DNA of 63,917 nt, filler included, from Catajapyx aquilonaris (Eukaryota), in the NCBI GenBank assembly GCA_000934665.2. It is 4 parts of 4 records of this genome, joined end to end, with 100 filler letters (N's around TTAATTAATTAA, not from the genome) between each part and the next. Parts side by side here need not be neighbours in the genome. Positions count along the whole stretch, not along the records: positions 33,734 to 48,951 come from JYFJ02007579.1; positions 49,052 to 63,917 come from KZ539715.1; 2 more parts are not named here. One strand, 5' to 3'. A program made the position numbers and the translations under genes. Position 1 is the stretch's first letter, and each line of letters begins with the position of its first letter. Shown here piece by piece: positions 48,914 through 63,400 of this stretch. Below the pieces are notes generated by a model. It made no database searches. It was not told the DNA's origin and worked only from the letters and a program-made list of their open reading frames with translations.

Positions 48914-48916
<3 letters not shown>
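48668..48916. mobile_element. Shorter copy of the GAAGGCATGAATTGCACAAG MITE
   Basis: Same TIRs and internal sequence as 19454-19916, inverted. Confidence 0.85.
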
Positions 48917-48951
<35 letters not shown>

Positions 48952-49051
48952 NNNNNNNNNNNNNNNNNNNNNNNNNNNNNNNNNNNNNNNNNNNNTTAAT
49001 TAATTAANNNNNNNNNNNNNNNNNNNNNNNNNNNNNNNNNNNNNNNNNNNN
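48952..49051. other. Artificial assembly linker
   Basis: N44-TTAATTAATTAA-N44. Confidence 0.95.
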
Positions 49052-51198
49052 GGGAACTGTCACGAGATAGGTCATTACCCTGAAGCGATATTTGGAGCGT
49101 TGAGTCGGGGGGAAAAAAGTTCTTGGCTTATTAGAAACACAATTTTGAAAGTTTTCCGTGGATCCCTGTACTGATGGATATATTGCTGACGTGAGGGGAA
49201 CGCGGCCCAATTTTCCAGCACCTTGAAATTGTCCCTGCTGCTGCTTCATTACTGGAATATTTTCCAGGCTAACCTGTTATTTAGCGTGTTTCCGATGAGG
49301 ATCATGCGTGCATGATGAGGGTCACATTTCATTGAAGTACAAGAGTGGCGCAAAAATGGCTAACAGTACAGATAATAAAAACGTACTTTATTACTCTAAT
49401 CGACGTTTGGTATGCCAGCGTTTGTGAGCAAGCACTATGTTTACATGACGAGTGCTCTGGAATGAACTCGATCCCTCTTTGCCGCACACAAGTCGGCTAT
49501 CCAAATATCACAGTTTTTTTTCGGAGTAATAAAAAGTGAGTTGTGCAAATATTATACAGTGCAGAGTTTTCAACTCGTTTGGATATGTTGACGCAATGTT
49601 GCCCCCTTCCCCAGCTGACTCACTTTTTCCCTACGAAGGATACCAAAAAAGTACGGTATTTGATTTCAGGGAAAACAACTAACCAGATGCATGATTTATG
49701 AGCGAAGCGAATGGGTGTATGCTCACATTTTCCTGATGGATTGTACAAAGGACGGCAAATCCGGAGGAAATTTGAATCATAAAGTGTCTTGTAAAGGTAT
49801 ATACACTCGTGCAGTCAAGGAAACGTCAGAATGACAGTTTTACGTGAATTGTCCCAGTCAGTCTACCATGTGCAGCATGTGAATCATGTAGGAGGAGAAT
49901 GGTAATCTTGTTAGTATTAAATATGCACCGAAATAGATCTTTCGGGCGCAACTTTTAGTAGTTGCGGCACAATCCACTTGGCTGCACCTGCCCTAGGCAA
50001 ATCTCAAATACTGGAATGCCCTTGACTTATGCTCTCAATCAAAGCGTAATTCACTAGCGAGGTAGGATCATTACTGCAATGACCGACATGTTTTGATAAT
50101 GATGAATGGAGATAAGCCTCCTGGAGATTATTGTAACAGTTGGGAATTGCTCCTGACCTGCACATCTGTATTTTTGATAGGTTGTCGGAGGAATATGGCC
50201 TTGACTCACTTGTCAGATCTAGGGAAAATTACTGCTCAATATTAAGCCCAGAGTAAGTGATCACGAATGAATTAGTAACAATAGCCCTAATTCTGTGGTA
50301 GCTTGAGTGGTAAATTGCATTGTGCAATGCAGTGTTCCGTAAAATATTTACAGACGGCGCACCCCTGCAACCGCAGGACTGTATCCAGGTTCGGGGTCAG
50401 TGAACACACCTGATCGCGACCAAAAATACCTCTCAACAGCCACCAAATTCGACCTTCTTCACACAACAAACTGCACCAAATCAGAGGAAGCCGCGTCCTT
50501 CATAATCAGATAGGCATAGTGCCCGATAGATTGTTTGGACACCGGGTGTGGTTCGGATAGTGCGAGTATATTGAGGCGTGTGAGAGACACTCGAGCCCGC
50601 CCCAGCAAGGTTTGGGAACTGCATCCCGAAGTGTTCCGGAAGCACTTGAATTTGGTCGTGAAGAGCCGGCGCAAACAAAGATGGAAGAGGACGGCTGGCT
50701 TGGCTAATCCAGAAGAAATCCGGGGCTCCGTAGTGAAATGGGGCAGTGGGAGAGCCTCCCCCGAGTGAGGCACTTCATCTTCCTAGAATAGATGGGAGGG
50801 CACCATCCCCTCCCACCCCCGCCTTCTCCTGAAATGGACCAGTGTTGGGAGGGGGGCACTGTTGTTGTTGCTGCTGCTCCTTCTCCGAAAATGCTGGGCA
50901 CGTCTCCCATCGGGACGGAAATGAGTTCCTCAACCTTTCAAGTAGACGCGAGCGGATTTTTGTGGGCAGTTATTAACCAGGGGGGCAGGGCCGGGGGGGC
51001 CCGTTGCAGATGACCCGTCGGTGTGGAAAAAAGTTTGGGGGCCGTTGCAGGACGATTTGAGGCCGACCTTTCGCACTGCCAATCGTACTACCAGCTGGGA
51101 TTTCAGCCAAATTGGCAATTTTTAGCAGCCGACACGGAATTGATTGGTAAATTAAGCCTAATGTTAAACTGTGACTGATATTTTGGAACACCCTGTAA

Positions 51199-51427
51199 GT
51201 TTTTATTTATTTATTTATTTCACCCCATTGGGAGAATTAGGGGGGTGGAATACCACCATTGGATGGGGCCAAGGATAGGGAAGGAAGCGGCTGTGGGCTA
51301 TTATACGGAAGCGACCCCGGAATTATCCTGGGAAAACCACAGTCAGGATCGCCGGCCCCGGGTATCGAACCCAGGACCGCCCGATTAGCAGTCAGACTCC
51401 TTAACCACCACACCAACCAGGTTCGGT
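51199..51427 (-). mobile_element. Short SINE (head 1, poly-A-type tail) inserted at a mariner terminus
   Basis: GACTGCTAATC..GGTTCGATACC head. The TSD AACACCCTGTAA duplicates the tip of a mariner-like TIR (..TTTTGGAACACCCTGTA). Confidence 0.85.
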
Positions 51428-54400
51428 AACACCCTGTAATTTGAGTAGACATGTGACGACGGGGATTCAAAATGGCTTCAGTTTCATGCAGTATTTCACC
51501 CCGGAAGTGCGAAAATGCTGTAATGAAACATTCATGGTGGAAAAAAAAGGGGGCGTGGGGGATGGCCGAGACAGAGAGAGATGGAGGGCGGGATGTCACT
51601 GGAGCAAAGAGTATGTGGGGGGGGGGGGGGGGTATAGTGTAACTGACGTGGAAATGGACGCGACTGAGGTTCGGGGATTTGCTAGAGTCCATCTTGATAT
51701 TGGGAACGACCATCAAATGTCATTCGCGTCGCGCCGGAACCCCTCCATTTGTCGCGAAGATTGTGGGAGAAGCACTTATTCACTTTGGAACAGTGGCGAT
51801 CCGGAAAATTATCGACCTTTTTTGGGGGGGTCTTCCCCTTGGATGAGTCAGATAATCTGTAAGTGACCTGCGGTACCCCAAGTTGGATGACAAATTCCAC
51901 CGTACCCATGCGCTTTGGGACCATTACTATGAGGGGTTGAAGGAACATAACCGGGGAGGTCCATTTCTTGTCAAGGGTAGGAAGTGCGTGTATGGCGGGG
52001 GCGGATGAAGGAGATGGCGACACCTGGGTACCTCCCTATACTACAAACCTACACCCCCCTTTTCATCCTGCGCAGCCAGCTCCAGCACAAAATCGTTACT
52101 GGTTGCACGCACAGGCTCTGCCGGCTGGCTTGTGCTGGCGTTTTCATATATACCTGCACATGTGGGATTGGTCCACTAGCCATTTTTACCTGGCATATCC
52201 TCGAGCCAGGGGAGGGGGAAAAAAATGGTGTTGGCTAGATCGAACCGCAGAATGTGGAGGGAGGTTCACGCACTCTATTTTAGACCTGTTCATTTTTACA
52301 TGGCACGTTCTGGAATTTTAATGCATCATCTTTTGTGGGTAGAGCGTGAGGAGGCAGATGAACCTTTGGCTGCACACAGGGTGGGCATTGAATTAACAGG
52401 CTGTGTCGGGATGGTTTCTCTCGAGGCGATGCAGTTATTTTCCTCCACATGTCGCGTGGTTTTCTGGAGGGTTGAGGAACAGTTCCTGGAACTTATCAAA
52501 TTTAATGCTCATTAGCTGGATGAGTGTGTCATTTACACAGTGTTGTTGGGAGACCTTGGGACTGATCAGTGACAGATCCGCGGGAGTTGCTTGCCCTTAT
52601 GTTTATTAATGATATCAAGAGAGAGACTGTATACTGGGTGTTCTTGAGTGGTACCTGAAATCGGGAATCATCTGCGGGCTTGTACGAGAATACAATGTAT
52701 TATAAATTATAATCGAATTGTCCATGGCAATAAACGATTTCAGCAGCTATTTTTGGTGTCATTTAAATATTTTTTCTAATAATTTTAAGCTCTGAAATTC
52801 AGGGAATATTCGTGTGAATAACGTAGAATTAACTGCTTAATGATAAGCAATTTAACTACTGATTGAAATTCACTGCGTAACAACGAAATAGATGGAAAGC
52901 ATGGATTTTTGCAGCATGGAGCTCCGTCAGTATTTGGCCACCCAGTGTGTATTGATTGTGAGCTGCAGCGTGTGTGAGGGTAAACCACAGGTATTGGTAC
53001 GTGGTCTGCAGCGCTCGAGAGGCGGCCTCGTGACCAAGAAAATCTGGCAGGAAGCACTATACAAAGAAAAACGCGAGCCCCGTCTTCCCAGGCACTCAGT
53101 GAGTCCGAATGGCCCTAGGCACGGTTTTCTCAAATGTCTTGGTCACGACATTTTCTCTTCAGTTAGGGAAGGGAATTTATTTACCCAGAGCATGTATTAC
53201 GGCAGAGTCGGAGGAATATATAGCGTGGCATTTCTGCAGAGGCAAGAGCTCTGCGGTGTGCAGGTCAACAGACTGCTGCCTGGGTATGCAAACACGAGGT
53301 TTTTGACGTGGATCGGAGATGAGCTGACCCAAGTTATGTGCAGAAGGACACGAAAAGACGAGGATATGACGGAAAATGACACACCCACTGGAGGAATCTT
53401 GATTGTGAGAGCGTTTTCATTTTCTGAGTGAACGACCTTCTGCTGAGCACTCGGATTATATTAGGCCTATTGGGGAAATATTCAGTTTTTTTTGGCGGGA
53501 AAGGTGTGGTCAGTACTATACATATATGGGGAATTTCGACAATTATACATAAGACGTCATTAGAATCTGTATTACAATGAGAATGTTGTGGCGCACTGCC
53601 CAAGTATACCCAAGAGTGGGTAGGAAAGTAGTTACGAATTGTGTACTATACACGCTACACCAATCACTTATCGTGATTGTTGCCTCTCCTTTAAACTGGT
53701 TGCATAATACTGGAAGCAGTGCACCACCCTGCAGAGCCTGTGTCATCATTCAAATGAGGACACGCAGTATAAGTTATATGGAACATCTGTAGATTGCCAT
53801 ATTTATTTAATGTACTGCATTGTGGTTCTCATCCCATCCTGAGTTCTTTGGGAAATTACCAAGCATTACGGTGGGAAAACTTTGCATGAGAGCTTCTCCA
53901 CTGATACATTCGTATAGGAGCGTGGCATGAAACGGTGTGATCTTTTGAGTGCGTTTGGCCTCCGTTATTTTAATCAAATAAATCACCGAGAAACTCCATG
54001 CAAATTGTATTTGGCCAAGGTACGGGGCCAAGAGTAAAGCGCTGGCAGGCAGTATTCTGCGAGTAAAAATGCGATGTTCAGCATCATTTTAACAAAACAG
54101 TGCAAATTCCGAGTTCTCGGCGCCGAAGTTTATAAAGCAGTTAACTGCTGGGTGGTCCAGTGGGCAGAGTGCCATTACATCATGTTTCAAGAACTACTTC
54201 TGCTGTTACAAGGGTTGGGGAGGTTAATCGAGGGAGTTGACGCGTTTAATGTAACTGGCGCCTTCACAACCAGTATTATGCAGCTTGGGTTTCGGTAAGC
54301 ACTGTCTCGGCAAATTAGTGCAAAGCGCGTTTGTATAAAGAGTATCAAGTTGGCGCAAGTTTGCAAATCCCAAAACGTGTATAGATGCTGCCCGTCTGAC

Positions 54401-57400
54401 TTTTAGAACTCACCATGGCGGCAAGGCACGGCACCGCGGGTGACTTTGAAGTTTAATTGTGTATTTAATGTTGCGTAAGAATTCAATAAAGTGGCTAGAG
54501 AGGGGTTGCTTGCCCCTTTGATGGACTTTCATACAGTTGAGCACTTGCGAAAGAAGATTACGACTGATTCCGCACTGGCTGCTTAGGGTAAACATTTTGC
54601 ATATTAGTGCGGCAGGCCATATGCTTAAATATTTTGTACTGTAATAATTTAACAAATTTTGTGGCGTTGCAAGCTGGGTTGAATCCGACAGCATATATTT
54701 CTTTAGAGGCTAATTTTGAAGCCAAGTTCTAAGCTGTGGGACTGAACATAAAGGAAAGAGGGGGGGAAAAAATGGCGCGATCAAGTATTTTCACAAGCAT
54801 TTGGCCAATAACACAAAATGCCGACCTTTTCCTTGGCCTGGGAGGCCTTTTTCCAATATTTGCGCCCGAGCGGAGTGCTTTCGCCGCAACTTTTAGCATG
54901 TCAGGTGGATTTCTGCATTCAATGTGCACACAGATTGTCGGAACCGAACAAGTTGGCAAATCGACCTATTCTGCTGGTTCGCAACTTTTTCTTCGCCTTT
55001 TGCCAGATCCCAGTCCTTTTTTAGATTGAAGGTGCACAGTTTGCCAGGTGCTGATAGCAATTTTTTTGCTGGATATAATGGGTGGGGCATTGCAGATACA
55101 CGCATCCCTTGGTTGCAAATATTGCACACAAAAAAGCGTACGAGTGGACATACACCCCNNNNNNNNNNNNNNNNNNNCCCCCCCCGAAATGATAATTCTC
55201 GTCACACCCAGCCGTATAGTTACCCACGGTCTGTTAAATCCCCTTGCACCCTGTGCTTTGCAAAACACAATTTCAACACCCGGATAATACCCTAATCATC
55301 TGGACATTGTCCTTTGGCACGGCGATTGTGAGTCGGCAATGCAATTTACAGAGCGTCACATTATTCAAATAACATTTCCATGGACGTAGAACTCCCGGAG
55401 CCGTACAAACGGGGAGTTTGCTGGCTGTAATTTACGGATCAGGCCTTTGGAGGTGAATCACGTGTAGCGTCTTCCGCAGGAATGGCCGAGGTCCATTCTG
55501 CAGCCAAGAACCATTTTGGGTGGGGTTGGAGGTAGAGTGTGTTGGGGGGAAATGGATTGCTCATTAGTGTCAGTCGGGCTCTGATTACGCATTTTTGCGC
55601 TAATTTGGACGTGGCGAATTATCAGTGGCAAATGGGGTTCATTCAGGGAGTGTTGCTCTGCCCTTTTGGTTTATTGACATATTAACGCTATTTCTGATAC
55701 AATGGGAGTTGGAACTGGGGATGCGGGTCATGTTTTGCGTTGGAGTGTCCATTTGTTGTGGGGGGGTTGGCTTAGTGACGCAATATTGCAACTAGGGACT
55801 GACCTGAACCATGTGATGTGGTCAAGTGACATTTAGATAACGTTGAAATCATGTAGGGGGAATGATTTACCTGGTTTATTGCAGCCATTTAAACAATCCC
55901 AAAAAATGGAATGCATGAATTCATTTTGTTAAAAACACTTCAATTACGGCGGAGTTCATAATGAGTCTAATTAAAATAACAATTACGCATCAGTAATTAT
56001 TTTAATGTGTATATGCCTGCAGGAGAATTCGGATGTGGTTTGTGTTCATCATGGAGTGCTGTCATTTTTACGAGGTTGTATTTCATTGTGATTATATGAG
56101 CAGAATATTTGTTTCGACTCAAACATTACTATAATGTATGAATCATTGGTATGCATGTCAAGATGTAAGTAACGTGCTGCTTTAGCATTGTGTTTAACAT
56201 CCTCGTATGATATTACCTGCCGTGAACATGAGTAGCTAGAGGCCGACTGTAAAACACAACGTGATGCAGTCCAAATCAACATATTTCACATCGAACTTCG
56301 CAATTCCAGGAATAATTTGCAATCGTTATTAGCCTTGACGAGCGGACGAAATGAACGTTTTGCAGCCGAGCACGACTGCCCTTTGCACTATCTGAGACGC
56401 GGCTATATGCCCGTATAATTAATCTAAACAAGGACCCTTTTTGGAAGGCGATTTATATGGATGCAGTAGGAAAGCAAAGGGTTTGAAACAAGTTCTGGGA
56501 GTGGATGTAAGTGTTTGGCAGAGGAAGGAAACGTAATTTATGCATATTTTATGTAAACGCTGCTTGGCACAATTCCATTGGGCCCATTATCGCAAGGGAC
56601 GTGAGCACTGGGATCGGATCCCAGTGACACGCTATATATAGTGTGTGTGTGTGATCTTCCTTGTAGACTCATTTCACTGAAGGGAATTGCGAATTTCTAT
56701 CGAGGAAGGAATTTCCAGGAAATGTCAGATTTAATGTCTGTCTGCTGTCCTTGGGGTTAAAATATGAAGAGGAGAAAAAAAACTGGGGTGCTCCAGTTTT
56801 TATTTGCGTTTCTTTCGATCAGGGACGATTCCTGTCTGAAACTTGTAGTTGCGACCATTTGGCTTGTTAGGGAATGTTCATGAACGTGTATACATGTGAG
56901 GAATGTGAAACCGAGCACGCGAAGAAAATTTATTTTAAACCACATATGCCCCAAAGGCGAGGCAGATCCTGAAAACCACCTCTAGCTGAAGAGGTCAAAA
57001 AATGCGAGGCATGCGTCCCATGCGATGTTGAAACAAAGTGCAGCGAGAAAAGACACGTTCCTCTGCCTAAAATTCCCTTCCTGCACGTGACCTGGGTTCT
57101 GTTTGGAACTAAAGAACGCGTGCTTCTGTCTGCTCCCAAAGAAAACGGATTCGAGCCCAGCACACATACAAAAAAAAAAGAGGCGGAAAGAAGTATAGGG
57201 GTGCACAGGGGACCAATTGGGTCCACAAAATGATTCCAAACGTGAGCCTGGAATTTTGGAGCGCCGAAAATGAGCCGAGCTTATAAGCTTTAAAGCGGAA
57301 TGTTTGTAGTACCAAACGGGGGGTATAGCTTGCAGCCAACGAGTATCTCCAGCTCGATAAAAGGGCGCGTAATTACCAAATTGTAGCCCTCAATATTAGG

Positions 57401-60400
57401 CGGCCCCGCCCCTCCTGTGTATGTACGATGCGAAATCTACCCCCACATCACCCCCGCCCCTGTACCCCTGACTCGAAACACTTTTGCTAACTACTGCTAT
57501 GAAGTTGAGGGGGTTGCATTCAGCATTCGGAACCAATGGGATTGAATTTTTTCCTGATGTTCTCTGGTCGTAGTTGGCGGTTTCGATAAGGTTTTGGGGT
57601 CTACTCTACTGTATAAAACCGATTTTGAAACAAGCTGTGCTATTGAGTGCATGTCAAGTTTCTTCTGTGACCCCAAGGCCTGTCTTTACAGTATCTCAAA
57701 TTCTCATGCAGTATGCCTTCACTAGGTGCTGTGTAATAAAGCAGTGCCTAGAGCCATGCAATAGTGTTATTTTACAGAAGTACAGTGAATGTCGAAGTAA
57801 TTACTAAAACCTCTCCTATATACTAAAGTTTGCTGCTGTAGCTTAACTGTGAACAATTGGCTGGAATGATGAATTTTTTAAATACGAAAAATTAATTGGA
57901 TGCACTATGAAGCAGAGTCATTAATGCCGCCAGTTTGTATTTATACGTAATCCACATTATGTAATAAATTATTATTGTTATGTGGAGGGATGTTGCGGTG
58001 TATAATATAATCCATGGTTGAACCAATTCGCAAAATGGTAATGTTGGCAACCCACATGCACTTTACACTTCCCATGCTGGGTAACGGAAATAAACGGAAA
58101 AGGAGGAAATGGGCGTGAAATAGGATGAAAAGAACTCGATTTGGCCATATCCGTTTAAAATTTCGTAGAGAAAATCTAAATTTTTCGGAATTTTGCATTT
58201 AAATTTTCATATTTCTTACCCATGGGCGAGGAGAAATATACGTTAAGGAAGTAAACCTTCATAGCTCGCTATTGTTCACAAAATCGTCACATGCTTTAAA
58301 AAAAATGTCATCCAGAATAGTTCTTATTCGCCGAGTGTCTCTGATTGTTATTCACGGCCGAGAAGTCAAATTTTCTTCAAGTGGGTCAAGTTGCCAAGCT
58401 GTAAAAGCAAGTTTTACATCCATAAGCTCAGATTACACTTGCTGAATGTTGCTTTCATTGTCGGCGGGGAAAGTTCCTGAAGTAGACGCGAAATGCCTTC
58501 GTCTATTAAGACCATTAAAAGCTCTTGGCCCCCGCATTTTTATTGGGCACTTTTTGGGAATGTAGTTTTTCACTTTTGCCTACGTGTTAAATATGCCAGG
58601 TGCGACTTTGAAGGCTGCTGGGAGAGGACAGAGCGACAAGAGAGGGTTCTTCAAATTAATTTTAGTGTTTATAAATCTTCATTACTCCATTCCCCAAACC
58701 GCCTTTGTAATGTCGTCCGTGCGGCATCGGGCCTTTTGCGAAATGTAATGGCGCATTTTGTGTGGGTAGGAAATGAGATCAGAGGAAGGCAACGGGATTA
58801 TGGGAGCGTAATGGCGACGATTGAAGCCCCTAATGGACTATGCTCGATTCATCAAGTGGGATATGCAAATGGAGCATGCTTATGAGATATTGTGGGGAGG
58901 GTCTGGCTGTCTCTGATTTGCTAAGAATTGGCTGGTGCTCGGGCGTTTCGATAAGAAATTGGCTGGTTCGGATCGGCTGCCTATATGATGTATAGGAACA
59001 GTATTTTGTAAATATTTTTAAAACACTTTTTGACATTTGTACAATGGAGATACAGCTGGGTCGAAATTGTCGGTTGAGATGGAAAATTCATGGACATGAG
59101 AAAGAAATAAAACAGCCATTGTGGTTTATTGCTTGCGAGGGGGAAGGAAGTGGCTCTCGGGCCTTATGTTGCGGGATTTTTCGAGAGTGGGCGAACCCCT
59201 GGAAAAACCCAAGCAATCAGCTCTGTCCACAAGAGAAAATACACAGACCAGCGATCCGGGGATTGAACTATATAGGTACAGCCGACCAATTAAATAATAG
59301 CACAGCATCTTGAAACGTGTGTAGTTATTGATTTCCCTGAGTTTGGTGTAATTAGCTTCGGAAGTCCACCCAGTTTGCGTTAGGTTAAGCTCGGGCTTGA
59401 TAACAACGAAATTCCTAACCGAACCTATATCTCGGTTCGAACGGCCACCGCAAAGTGTAGGGGGCCCTCCAGGTTTGGTTTTCCCCATGCAGTCGCACAG
59501 CACAGATCAATGCTGGGGACGTTTCCAATATCCGGCCGTGCCAGCGACAGAAATGGGAGAGTAGGATTTTTGCCCTTACCCCCTCCCCTCCCCCACCCCT
59601 CACATCACCTCCTCCCTATAAGCTTCTCCATGATAAGGATTGGGATGGTTTCCGTGAGCCTGGTTGATGGATGACGCGGCGCCACGGCCAAGTTGCAGGC
59701 CGACCAAATGATACCTAATGGCCAATTTCCTAAAACTTCCCCTCACACTTGTCACACTTGGCACCTCCGAATTTATTCTCCAGAGTAGAGCTTATAGGGC
59801 TACTGGAGAAATTGCTTCGGGTCGGAATTATCTCTCTGGGCCATAGAAAACCCACCCCCCTCTCACCAACTCCAAAGTGACGCTTTTTGACCTGTTGATA
59901 GGCGGCTCGGATTTGACAAATGGAGCACCTTCTTCTTTTTTTTTTATTTTCTGGGGAGCGTGTTGATGGGTGCTTTTCCGGTAGTCGCCATGTTGGGATT
60001 TGGCACCCTAGAGACAGGTGAGTGAACTCATTCCGGTGATGTTGGAATTAATTTGGATACGTAATTATGTGCTTCATTGGTATGAATATGGGGCAAATTT
60101 CTGGCCCGAAATTTATCCTATAGCTTATAGATTTTATTACGCTGCAAAAAGGAGGAGCGATAAAAAATAGGGAGCGTTGGGTAACGAGGTAGATGCCTCC
60201 TTTCGTATGTATCTGAACGGGATGGAGAGACGAGGCGAAACTGAATTATCGCGATTGGGTTTTCAGTTGCAGATGACGCCATTTGAAGGGTGCGATTGGA
60301 AATTAGGATAAGGTGGATGTGAGCCAGGGTGCCCGGGTATGGGGTCCAGCAGCACCAGTAGATCGTGTCATTTACACTCCCGCCGAGAATCCCCCAAAAT

Positions 60401-63400
60401 CCACTGAGGTGATAAAACGCAAGGGGAGTGTTTCGCATTCCAAATGCACCGTCAGCTTTTCATTTCCATTTTGACCGGCGAGTGTGCCTTGGTAATCGAG
60501 GCTCCATCGCCACTCATTTTACTAAGCGCTCCCCCATGTAGAATCCCCTAAGAATCGGCGTCGGAAGGCGTTTCGTGTATAGGGGTCCCAACCAATCTCA
60601 AGGAAATTATTTATATATGCAAATTCGAGGCAGGGTATGAAGCTGTTTTGTATACTGTAGTCACATCTGCATTTTAGGGGAGGGTGCGCGTTTAAAGCCT
60701 TTTATTGACCTTTGCTGAACACGTAACTGCATGACGTCCGTGGCGACGGGGGCGTTAAATCGTGTGAATTTAATATTGCATAGGGGTTAACTACGATTTA
60801 AAGGGATGTGTTATGCAGGATTCCGTGGCTAGATTTATGCTTAATACGTACAAGCTCTTACTCTTTAAATTAGGTTGCGATTTTCGTCTCTTTGGATGGT
60901 TTTTGCTCTTACTAGCTTGAAATTTTTCCAAGCTGTCGTAATCAATTCGAATAAAATATTTAATCAATTTAATCTCAGACAGGTGGAATTTCATCGAAAA
61001 GTACGCCAAATTATTTACACAGCGGTGTATAATTATGCAAAATAGGTCGAACAAGTAGGAGTTTGTGTACTTGGGTATACAGTAAATGTAGTACGTACGA
61101 AAAGAATTCCGCTTTAATTCCCATGGCTCTCATATCTCGACTTTATTCATCGTCTGAGTCCTTTTATTTCCTGCATCCAGCGAGTTTTCATCTAGTCTAG
61201 TTTGGTACCAGGAGAATTCGCTGCGAACCAATATGCTTTTATTTAAGGTTATTACACAGTGCTTGTGCTAGTAATGCTGGTCCTAATAAACGTGGCCGCT
61301 GCGAAAGGGGGATGCTGCGCTACTATAGGGAGAGAGCAGGGTTTTTGGAGGCTGGTAATAGCAAAACCCTGCGAATATGCATAGATGAGTGTAGCTGCAC
61401 AGGAGGCCACCGGACTATTAACGCAAATGGCGGACTTTTATTGTGATTATGATGTAGGAGCGGCTCTTATTCATTGATTTGGCCCAAAAGTTTCTGGGAA
61501 GCTGGTAACCATTCTGTGGGGTTTATGGTCTCATCCGGACGGATAAGTAGCTCGCCTCCATATTGGAACATTTAAATCAGGCGCCTTTTATTGCTTCGCC
61601 TTCCGGTTCTGCAAGAAGCGGAGGATCCAAGTTATCCTGGCCACTTATGAAAACGGCATTGAGCAGATAAAAGAAGGGGAGAGAGGGGGGGGGGGGNNNN
61701 NNNNNNNNNNNNGGGGGGGGGGGGCGTTTGAGAGAAATTAAACGCTGTCATTTCCCCACGTGGAATGGCCCTAATCTGCTAGCGTTGCGTAGCAATAATT
61801 TTCTCGCATTTCCCGCCGGGATTATTGTCATGTTTAATTGGCACGATGTCTTGTGCGGTGCAGCCGGGAGCAATATTAAATTTACAGCCGTATTTTACAA
61901 GTCTCATGCTTGTTTGAACCTATCTGGATCATTGTGTGAATTGCATGAGAATGTGTCCTCCACGTGGCCATTGTTTCTGGCCAAGTTTCTGTGCCGGTGG
62001 TATATGAACTTATGACGTTCCAAATATAATATGCTACACAAAGAGCCGTGGGCGTCGAATCCAATGCAGTTAAAAATTTCCAGCAACAGTATCCATTTTC
62101 TGGGTAATCTCTCCGGCTGTTAACCACCTTTAACCTAAATTGCTAATGCTCTGCCATGGAAATAGCAACGGTTAGGCGGAAGCGTGGTTAGAAATACATG
62201 AATAAAGCAGCATGGTTCCGCACTTAAAAATAAACATTGCATGAGTCATACATATGGGACTTGACGGAGAATCCCGCAAACTCTTTTTAAACCCCGTCGG
62301 TTCAAGAATACTCGAGAAAAACATTTCTGGATACGCCCATGCCCGTGAATGCCAGTGACTAACCCTTAGGAAGACGCGGTTCGGCCAACTCTTTCTAATA
62401 TATCCAAGTGGGTGGTGCACACAAAAAAAGGGTAGCGTCGATTCGATCGCTTCATTCAGCAGCTGCTGCTCTGCGTGACCCCACCGGGTGCTAGGGGAGA
62501 ATAATATCGAGTGAAGAGTCTTTAAGGTCAGAGGGCGGGACCCAAAGGAAGTGCATGGTAATTGGAGCGGCCAGCAAAAGCCGCGTGTCGACGACATGTC
62601 CGAACCCAGAACCAGCCTTATTTTTTCGTAGTATCGATGGACTTGACCTAGTGGCTGAAAATTATTTTGGCAACATTGTGTAGGGTACCGTTTCAGCAAC
62701 GTATTGAGGCACACTGTAGAATCACATTAGGCGGCGCTTTTTTTTATAACGGTGGTACATTACGACGGTGCGACGTTACCCGGGTCCCAGCCTTTTTAGG
62801 CCATTAATTCCCTTGTCGGTGGCTATTTTTCCCCCCGGTGACGCCGTTTTCGTCGAAAAGGCAGGACCATAGGGAGTGGACAGCGAAACTTCCGTGCCGG
62901 ATACCCACTTCCCCTCTTCCCTCGAACTCCCATGTGGACACGTGGGTGCGTGTCCGCAAAAGCGTGACCTTTCCGGAAATGTGAGCCATATAGGACAGAA
63001 GGGGAGTATATAGGAAGGGAGGGAACAGATGCTTTGTCCCCTATTCCCCCCCTACTCTCTAGCTCTATACGTACTTGGATTCACCGACCCCCTCCCAAAC
63101 ACCCTATGAAACCTCTGTCTCCCCCACAGCTGCAGATATTGGCGTTTCTGGTTATTGTTTCGCCCCCGCTGCTTTTCAGTCCTCTTCGCTTGCTCATTGG
63201 TGCTGACCCAGCATCCGCAGATGCCCTGTCGAGATGGGCTGACCTCAAGCTTTTTTTCCCCAGGGCTTTATTCCGAGCCGACAGTTTGCCTAAATTTTGA
63301 AACCCAGAGTGGATATGGGGATCGTTTACAGCGGAATTGAGGATCTGGGCGAAATTTGAGGTTAGGTGTATAAGCGGATTTGCGACTTAGCGCATATTCA

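Noticed and set aside
50459..50773. GC-richer ORF cluster on both strands
   Set aside because: No recognisable domain or consistent splice structure; not WS/DGAT-like.
52892..53431. 179-aa ORF (also 62172-62714, 180 aa)
   Set aside because: Random-like composition and no family motifs; compatible with chance ORFs.
56606..56626. Short palindrome CACTGGGATC-G-GATCCCAGTG
   Set aside because: Too short and isolated to support a miRNA or element call.
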